Below, in pieces: positions 58,459 through 64,000 of a DNA stretch of 64,000 bases (position 1 is its first letter; every line of letters starts with the position of its first letter). Under the pieces are notes generated by a model that saw only the letters and a program-made list of their open reading frames with translations, had not been told where the DNA came from and did not search any database. Position numbers and translations under genes: made by a program. The stretch is from IMG/VR virus record IMGVR_UViG_3300032242_001655, positions 1-64,000 of that record. One strand, written 5' to 3'. The stretch is from a virus.

Positions 58459-59169
58459 TTAATCACGACGAATTATTTTTGCCAATCTTAAAAATTCAAA
58501 TAATTTTAACCACATCCAACCAATATCAATTTCAAACCATTTACGACTAAGTTTAGGACTAGCAGGAGATAGGTGATGATTATTGTGCAGTTCTTCCCCG
58601 CCAATAATGATACCCCAGGGACTTATATTACGACTTTGATCTTTTGTTTCACCGTTGCGATACCCCCACCAGTGTCCTATGCCATTGATTACACCGGCCG
58701 CCCAAAATGGAATCCATATCATCTGTATAGCCCAGACCGCAATACCGATTGGACCAAATAACAATAAATCTATAATTAACATTAAACTCACACCTAAAAA
58801 ATTGTATTTGGAATAGATATTTCTTTCTACCCAATCGTTAGGAGTTCCTACCCCGTATTGATTAATCATTTCTGTATCTTTAGAGGCTCTACTATAAAGT
58901 AAAGCACCCTGTGTTAAAAGAGTCCAGATTCCAAATACATGAGGGCTATGTGGGTCTCCTTCTTGATCGCTGAACCTATGATGTTTGCGATGTATGGCTA
59001 CCCATTGTTGTGTAACCATACCAGTTGTTAGCCATAACCAAAAACGCATAAAGTGTTGAAGTACAGGATTAAATGTGATACCTCGATGTGCCTGTCCTCT
59101 ATGCAAAAATAAAGTCACACATACTATGGTAATATGCGTGACTATTAGTGTGTACAAAATGATATTCAT
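58459..59169 (-). CDS. Delta-9-type fatty acid (acyl-CoA) desaturase
   Basis: His boxes LHRGQAH, HRKHH, LHNNHH; EIDIGW. Confidence 0.9.
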   Translation of the reverse strand: MNIILYTLIVTHITIVCVTLFLHRGQAHRGITFNPVLQHFMRFWLWLTTGMVTQQWVAIHRKHHRFSDQEGDPHSPHVFGIWTLLTQGALLYSRASKDTEMINQYGVGTPNDWVERNIYSKYNFLGVSLMLIIDLLLFGPIGIAVWAIQMIWIPFWAAGVINGIGHWWGYRNGETKDQSRNISPWGIIIGGEELHNNHHLSPASPKLSRKWFEIDIGWMWLKLFEFLRLAKIIRRD

Positions 59170-59185
59170 CTTGTACTTATCTAAA

Positions 59186-60133
59186 TTACCAAATGAAGTT
59201 TTTGGTATAGTACTTAACGATTGATTTTAGTTCTTGATCAAACTTTGCTTCAGCAGTCCAGCCTAAATCTTGTAATTTTGTATCATCTATAGCATAACGA
59301 ACATCTTGTCCTGCCCGTGTTACACCAAGGTCAAAGTATTGATTTGGGTCACCCTTGAAGCCCATTAATTTTACAATCTTAGTAGCAACCACAATATTTG
59401 CTTCTTCATAATTGCCTGAGATGTTATAAATCTCATTTACAATACCCATATCAATAATACGAATGACTGCGGCGGCTGTGTCGCTGGCATGTAGCCATGT
59501 ACGTCTTGGTGTGCCTGCATTGTGTAAAGGAGCAGGTTTACCTAAACTCAGATACTTAATTGTGTGTGGAATAAACTTTTCTGTGTACTGCCCAATACCA
59601 TAGTTATTGGTAGGACGAACAATAACATACGGAATGTTATAGGTTCTGGCAAATGCTGTGACCAACATATCAGCCGCGGCCTTTGTAGCAGAGTAAGGAT
59701 TACTGGGTTTTAGGAGATCTTGTTCTGTATGAAATCCTTCTACAATATCACCGTAAACTTCATCAGTGGAGAAATGTAAGAGTGTGGGCATTTTAAACTT
59801 ATAGTTGTCTTTAATCAACTTTAGCAAATGATGAACACCATCTATATTACTTTTTACAAACACATCGCTTGATGCTATAGAATTGTCTACATGAGTTTCT
59901 GCGGCTGTATTAATAATGTAATCACATTCGTAGAGAATGTCTAAGTCATTAATGTCTTTTTTCTCAAAAACAAATTTATCATATTGTAATAATTCTGGCA
60001 AAAGATTTTCATTTGCGGCATAGGTACATTTATCAATACCACGCACATACCAGCCCTGTTCTAAACAGGCTTTGGTTACGTGATATCCGATAAATCCTAA
60101 ACAACCTGTAACATAAACAACTTTTGTACTCAT
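59186..60133 (-). CDS. rmlB: dTDP-glucose 4,6-dehydratase-like
   Basis: TGCLGFIG, AAETHVDNS, STDEVYG, YSATK, NNYG. Confidence 0.85.
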   Translation of the reverse strand: MSTKVVYVTGCLGFIGYHVTKACLEQGWYVRGIDKCTYAANENLLPELLQYDKFVFEKKDINDLDILYECDYIINTAAETHVDNSIASSDVFVKSNIDGVHHLLKLIKDNYKFKMPTLLHFSTDEVYGDIVEGFHTEQDLLKPSNPYSATKAAADMLVTAFARTYNIPYVIVRPTNNYGIGQYTEKFIPHTIKYLSLGKPAPLHNAGTPRRTWLHASDTAAAVIRIIDMGIVNEIYNISGNYEEANIVVATKIVKLMGFKGDPNQYFDLGVTRAGQDVRYAIDDTKLQDLGWTAEAKFDQELKSIVKYYTKNFIW

Positions 60134-60612
60134 AATGCTCTCTTTAAATTTAGATAAGCAGGCTTATTGCTATTAATCCATTTTTTAAACTCTACTGTTA
60201 GATCTTCTAGGCCTGCAGGACGATGCTGTGAGATATTTGGCAGTGATTGTAATACCGTTCTATCATCATGTGCCCAATGGCTCATCCCATCATGACTATA
60301 ATCATAATCACGTCCTGATCCTAAAAGTTTGACAGGAATATTTTCGTGGTTTACATAATTACGCAAGAACTCAAAAGGACGATACAATAAGAAACTACTC
60401 ATTGAGTAGCAAACTGGAATCAAGCCTTCTTCTGCCATACCAATAGCAACACCGACCATAAGTTGTTCAGCGGCACCTACATTGTAAAAACGATCTGGAT
60501 ATGCGTTACGAATGTGGTCTAAAATACCAAATCCTAAATCAGCAGTGACAACACGAACGCGATCATTGACTGACATTTCTTCTAATAATAATTGAGCGCA
60601 CTCTTTTCTCAT
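60130..60612 (-). CDS. Transketolase-like pyrimidine-binding subunit
   Basis: TADLG, NVGAAEQ, GMSH; ATG 60612 overlaps the upstream stop. Confidence 0.8.
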   Translation of the reverse strand: MRKECAQLLLEEMSVNDRVRVVTADLGFGILDHIRNAYPDRFYNVGAAEQLMVGVAIGMAEEGLIPVCYSMSSFLLYRPFEFLRNYVNHENIPVKLLGSGRDYDYSHDGMSHWAHDDRTVLQSLPNISQHRPAGLEDLTVEFKKWINSNKPAYLNLKRAL

Positions 60613-61223
60613 TTTGTTAACTCCTCGTAGTCTGCTGGTTTCAACACATAGTAGTGTGTTAGCAGGTCTTTGGCAAATGACCATTTGTATGGGTCACTGG
60701 TTCGAATATTGATTCTGGGTAAGAATGCTCGTAGTCTATTGATTAGGTATTCTGTATCAACAGGATCATATGCACTCAATCCATTGATGTTAACATACAC
60801 TTCAAGATTGTCTACAGGATGTTCTTGAATAAAACGTAGGCTTTCCCAAATGCTCCCTTCTGCGGCTTCTCCGTCACTAATCATGCAGTAGACTTTCTTG
60901 TCCGGAGTTGCTAAGGCATGTCCTACCGCAATAGGAAGCCCACTGCCTAAACTGCCTGTTGAACAGTACAAGTGATTGGGTAAATCTTTGCCTGGGTGGA
61001 TACCGTGTTTGTGTAGAAGTTCTACAGGATCAACTCCGTAGTATTTTTCTAATACAACATACAGAGCGAGCCCTGCATGTCCATTGCTGAGAATAAACAC
61101 TTCATCGTCTTTGCGTTGAGCATAAATTTCTTCAATGATAGGAAGTGCACTCAGTGTACTACTAAGGTGGCTTAATTTTTCTTGATATGTAATATCAATG
61201 AGTCTTTGTTCTAATGTAGTCAT
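60609..61223 (-). CDS. Transketolase-like TPP-binding subunit
   Basis: SNGHA, STGSLGSGL, SDGEAAEGSIWE. Confidence 0.85.
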   Translation of the reverse strand: MTTLEQRLIDITYQEKLSHLSSTLSALPIIEEIYAQRKDDEVFILSNGHAGLALYVVLEKYYGVDPVELLHKHGIHPGKDLPNHLYCSTGSLGSGLPIAVGHALATPDKKVYCMISDGEAAEGSIWESLRFIQEHPVDNLEVYVNINGLSAYDPVDTEYLINRLRAFLPRINIRTSDPYKWSFAKDLLTHYYVLKPADYEELTK

Positions 61224-61224
61224 A

Positions 61225-61782
61225 TTAATTTTTAAAAATTACCAGCAGGCCTCTTTTACATTGCTCATCGGGTAATGAACTCTTATTAAACAGCATATGT
61301 GATTTTTTCTGTTCTTTACATTTATCAAGTATCTCAAGAAGATTTTTAAATGCGTTAGCATCAAATACATTTACATCATGATAGACTAATATACCACCGT
61401 CATTTAACAAGTTGTCATAAACATGTTCAAACCATTCTTGTGTATGATAGTGATCAGCATCGCTCATAATAAAATCAAATTTTTTGTCGCAGTTAAGAAC
61501 ATAGTCTTTTTCTTCGCTTTTTACAATTTTAATTTTATCGCCATAGCGTTCGGGAAGTTCATGAGGAATCTCATATTGGAAATCTAAAAAGTTATCGACT
61601 AAGGTGTAGTCATACGGTTGTTGATTATATTCAAGACCTTCTAAGATACCATCTAAACTTCTTCCACCGCCTACTCCCATTTCTAAAATAGTTGTAGGTT
61701 TTTGTGCTTTAACAAGTCCAGTTAATAACATAGCATGGCACTTGTCTATTTTTATGTTTTCATCTTGCCCAAATGGTATCAT
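61225..61782 (-). CDS. SAM-dependent methyltransferase (Methyltransf_24-like)
   Basis: LEMGVGGG, FDFIMSDADH, GGILVYHD. Confidence 0.8.
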   Translation of the reverse strand: MIPFGQDENIKIDKCHAMLLTGLVKAQKPTTILEMGVGGGRSLDGILEGLEYNQQPYDYTLVDNFLDFQYEIPHELPERYGDKIKIVKSEEKDYVLNCDKKFDFIMSDADHYHTQEWFEHVYDNLLNDGGILVYHDVNVFDANAFKNLLEILDKCKEQKKSHMLFNKSSLPDEQCKRGLLVIFKN

Positions 61783-62612
61783 TATGCAGTCCTTTCATAT
61801 GTTGCGGTATTGAAAAATTCTTTGATTCCTGATTCTATATCATATTGAGTTTCAAACCCGTATTGCTCTTTGGCATAAGTTGTATCACAAACCCACACTT
61901 CACTTTCAAATGATTTGGCCATACCTGATACAAGTTCTACAGGTGCTGTCTTGTCTAATATTTTTTCAATCATAGCATGGATAGCCCAATTGGTCCAAGA
62001 CTTACCAGATCCAAAGTTTACAATGTCACCTAACGGCTTATCATTTTTCTGAACCAATAAATCAATACCTCTAACAAAATCATCTATGTATATAAAATCG
62101 TGAACACCATGAAACAGTTTCATTGGTTCATTTAAGTTAAATGCTCGCCACAGTCTTGGAAATAGTCTGTGTGGCTTTTCATACTTGCCATATACACTAT
62201 ATGGTCTTGCTACTGAAATGTCAAGATTGTATGTTCTTGCGTAGCCTTGGCATAAGAGTGTAGCGGCACCTTTAGTTGCTTGATACATATCAACAGGATT
62301 AATGCGATCTGTTTCTTTACTTGCTCTGGGCATAGGACCGTACTCAGCACTACTGCCTATCTGTACCATTTTGGTGTTGGGAAATTCTTTTGTGTATTCA
62401 AGGCAATCCTGTGTCCACAACACATTAGGAATCCACATGTCTTCTGCCTTGTATATCTCAGCCGCACAGTTAATAACTACATCTGGTTTGAAATACTCTA
62501 GTTTAGCACGAACATCCATGTAGCGTTTGTGTTCAAACACTTCGTGTTCTTCGTAGTATTCCACAAGATTACGGCCCACAAAACCCGAGGATCCTGTTAT
62601 AAAAATTTTCAT
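61782..62612 (-). CDS. NAD-dependent epimerase/reductase
   Basis: TGSSGFVG, GSSAEYG, YQATK. Confidence 0.85.
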   Translation of the reverse strand: MKIFITGSSGFVGRNLVEYYEEHEVFEHKRYMDVRAKLEYFKPDVVINCAAEIYKAEDMWIPNVLWTQDCLEYTKEFPNTKMVQIGSSAEYGPMPRASKETDRINPVDMYQATKGAATLLCQGYARTYNLDISVARPYSVYGKYEKPHRLFPRLWRAFNLNEPMKLFHGVHDFIYIDDFVRGIDLLVQKNDKPLGDIVNFGSGKSWTNWAIHAMIEKILDKTAPVELVSGMAKSFESEVWVCDTTYAKEQYGFETQYDIESGIKEFFNTATYERTA

Positions 62613-63259
62613 TTAACTACTCTTTCCAAATAAATTTTGGCAAGTTCTAAACGTTTTTCAAGTGAAGTACCGGGCCAATGAATAAGCCAATCACCATGTT
62701 GCCATGTGCCGTCTGTACCTAAACAGTCAAACTTGCTTTGATGTGGATATAGACTGTTTTGGTAAGCGTTCAAATATCGCTGTGGAACAATTTTAATCTT
62801 ACCCGCATTTTCTTCTAAGAATACAGAGTCGATCATAGCCTGTTGCTCATAAAAGTAATGATTAGCATATTGATCAACAACTTCTGTAATGCTTTTCATG
62901 TAAGCACGACCCCATTCGGAATTTTTAATTAAGAAACTGTCGTTGTTGATTTCATTACAGTCTGTGGCCAAGATCAAATCATATTCTGGAATGATCTTGT
63001 CTTCAATTTTAATGGTATGATTTGTAATCATAGCATCTGTACCAGTCCACCAAAACCATTCAATGTCTTGACGTTCTGTCATTAGATCTAGCATCCAGAA
63101 GATTTTTTCAAATCCAATCGGAATGCCACCTTTGAGTTTGTCTGTTTTTAGGATACCTTCGTATCCGTGTCGGTCACAATAAATCTGTTTGTTCTGTGTC
63201 CAAGTCATATCTGCTAGGGGTTGATACTTTGCATCGTTTAGGCTAATAACTGCGTACAT
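62609..63259 (-). CDS. GT34 (galactosyl/mannosyl transferase GMA12-like) glycosyltransferase
   Basis: NKQIYCDRHGY, WWTGTDA, EQQAM, GDWLIHWPG. Confidence 0.75.
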   Translation of the reverse strand: MYAVISLNDAKYQPLADMTWTQNKQIYCDRHGYEGILKTDKLKGGIPIGFEKIFWMLDLMTERQDIEWFWWTGTDAMITNHTIKIEDKIIPEYDLILATDCNEINNDSFLIKNSEWGRAYMKSITEVVDQYANHYFYEQQAMIDSVFLEENAGKIKIVPQRYLNAYQNSLYPHQSKFDCLGTDGTWQHGDWLIHWPGTSLEKRLELAKIYLERVVK

Positions 63260-63316
63260 GAGTTCCTCTTTAATTTGTTTTATTTACTACGTATATAATG
63301 GGTACTAAATATTTTT

Positions 63317-63805
63317 ATGTTCTATAAACTTAATTGTAAGATCGATCCAGAAAAATTCCTATTGTATGAAGAGGAACATCGTAAAAATTGGTTCCTTGAC
63401 TTTGGGTTCGATACTATGCTAATGCCTCAGAAGATTTTAGAAGATCATACTTTAATGGATGTTATCAAAAAATTTCGAGGACAGGTTGTGATGTTGCGAA
63501 TGCCCGAATGGCATTTTTACAATTTCCATGTTGATACAAAAAGACGTTGTGCTATAAATTCACTAGTAACAGGATACGATAGCAATTCCTATTTTGGTAG
63601 TGATGTATACAAAAACGAAAAGTTGATACACGAGTTAGAAAAAATAGAACCGTTAAATTATACCTTAGGCTCTTGTTATGTATTCAACACTAAGCATAGA
63701 CATGGTGTTGTAAATCGAGCAAATATTAGGTTGACACTTAGCATAGGTTTCTATAATAATAGTTACGAAGAGGTGTTAGCCTACTGTCAACAAAGAGATT
63801 TATAA
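63317..63805 (+). CDS. 2OG-Fe(II)/cupin-type oxygenase-like protein
   Basis: HVD...FNTKHRHGVVN...RLTLS; TAAATA-N5-ATG. Confidence 0.65.
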   Translation: MFYKLNCKIDPEKFLLYEEEHRKNWFLDFGFDTMLMPQKILEDHTLMDVIKKFRGQVVMLRMPEWHFYNFHVDTKRRCAINSLVTGYDSNSYFGSDVYKNEKLIHELEKIEPLNYTLGSCYVFNTKHRHGVVNRANIRLTLSIGFYNNSYEEVLAYCQQRDL

Positions 63806-63830
63806 TGTGGCAAAAAAGCCACAGATCAGG

Positions 63831-63859
63831 TTGACAACGAGACTAAATAAACGTACAAT
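63831..63859 (+). promoter_or_regulatory. Sigma70 promoter with an embedded TAAATA
   Basis: TTGACA-17-TACAAT; TAAATA at 63844; palindrome TGTGGC-A6-GCCACA just upstream. Confidence 0.65.
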
Positions 63860-63884
63860 AATACTTTAAGGAAAGTAAACGCAA

Positions 63885-64000
63885 ATGAAAAACTGTTCGA
63901 TACATTATTATACAAAGGCCAAACAGGCAGGCTTTATGCCCTCTGTATGGTTTGCGTCAAGTAATGATCGTACACAAGAGATTTGCCAGGGGTCCAAGGA
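63885..64000 (+). CDS. Short ORF running off the window (MKNCSIHYYTKAKQAG...)
   Basis: AAGGA RBS; truncated. Confidence 0.35.
   Translation, partial: MKNCSIHYYTKAKQAGFMPSVWFASSNDRTQEICQGSK

Noticed and set aside
212-62523. Numerous antisense and alternate-frame ORFs in the track (e.g. 14434..14949, 16215..16568, 37523..37888)
   Set aside because: They shadow well-supported genes and lack an RBS or recognisable motifs.
1-64000. Stop-codon reassignment
   Set aside because: Known genes are full length in the standard code and coding density is high.

Overview
This is a 64 kb, AT-rich, gene-dense segment of a large tailed dsDNA (T4-like/jumbo myovirus-type) phage genome read in the standard genetic code. 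The host is probably a betaproteobacterium, inferred from the tmRNA tag, a Bug/TctC protein and DUF3563- and DUF4214-like proteins. Left part (1-28 kb): late virion genes, including fibre-like proteins, a collagen-repeat fibre, a beta-helix spike, putative head-internal proteins sharing an MRAxEF N-terminus, a papain-like protease, a secreted nuclease and a GIY-YIG/NUMOD3 homing endonuclease. Middle: nrdA, nrdB, glutaredoxin, thyX, a PAAR-amidase fusion and a circularly permuted two-piece tmRNA. Right part: many host-manipulation genes, including a PlcP-like phosphoesterase plus GT4 glycosyltransferase, a RimK-like ligase next to an acidic micropeptide, rubrerythrin/rubredoxin, radical SAM, ClpX, bS21, Hsp20 with a ROSE-like leader, ClpS, FabF, heme oxygenase plus bilin reductase, a desaturase and a sugar-nucleotide cluster. 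Two promoter classes recur (sigma70 TTGACN-17-TATAAT and late TAAATA), often placed so that the mRNA would be leaderless. The most novel-looking candidates are (1) capsid-targeted polyproteins, one hiding an internal twin-arginine signal ahead of a GH19 lysin, (2) the permuted tmRNA with ClpX/ClpS/bS21, (3) the RimK + micropeptide + GATase trio, (4) a phage phospholipid-to-glycolipid remodelling pair, and (5) a stand-alone HemA dimerisation-like domain. All family calls come from motif recognition by eye; no searches were run.
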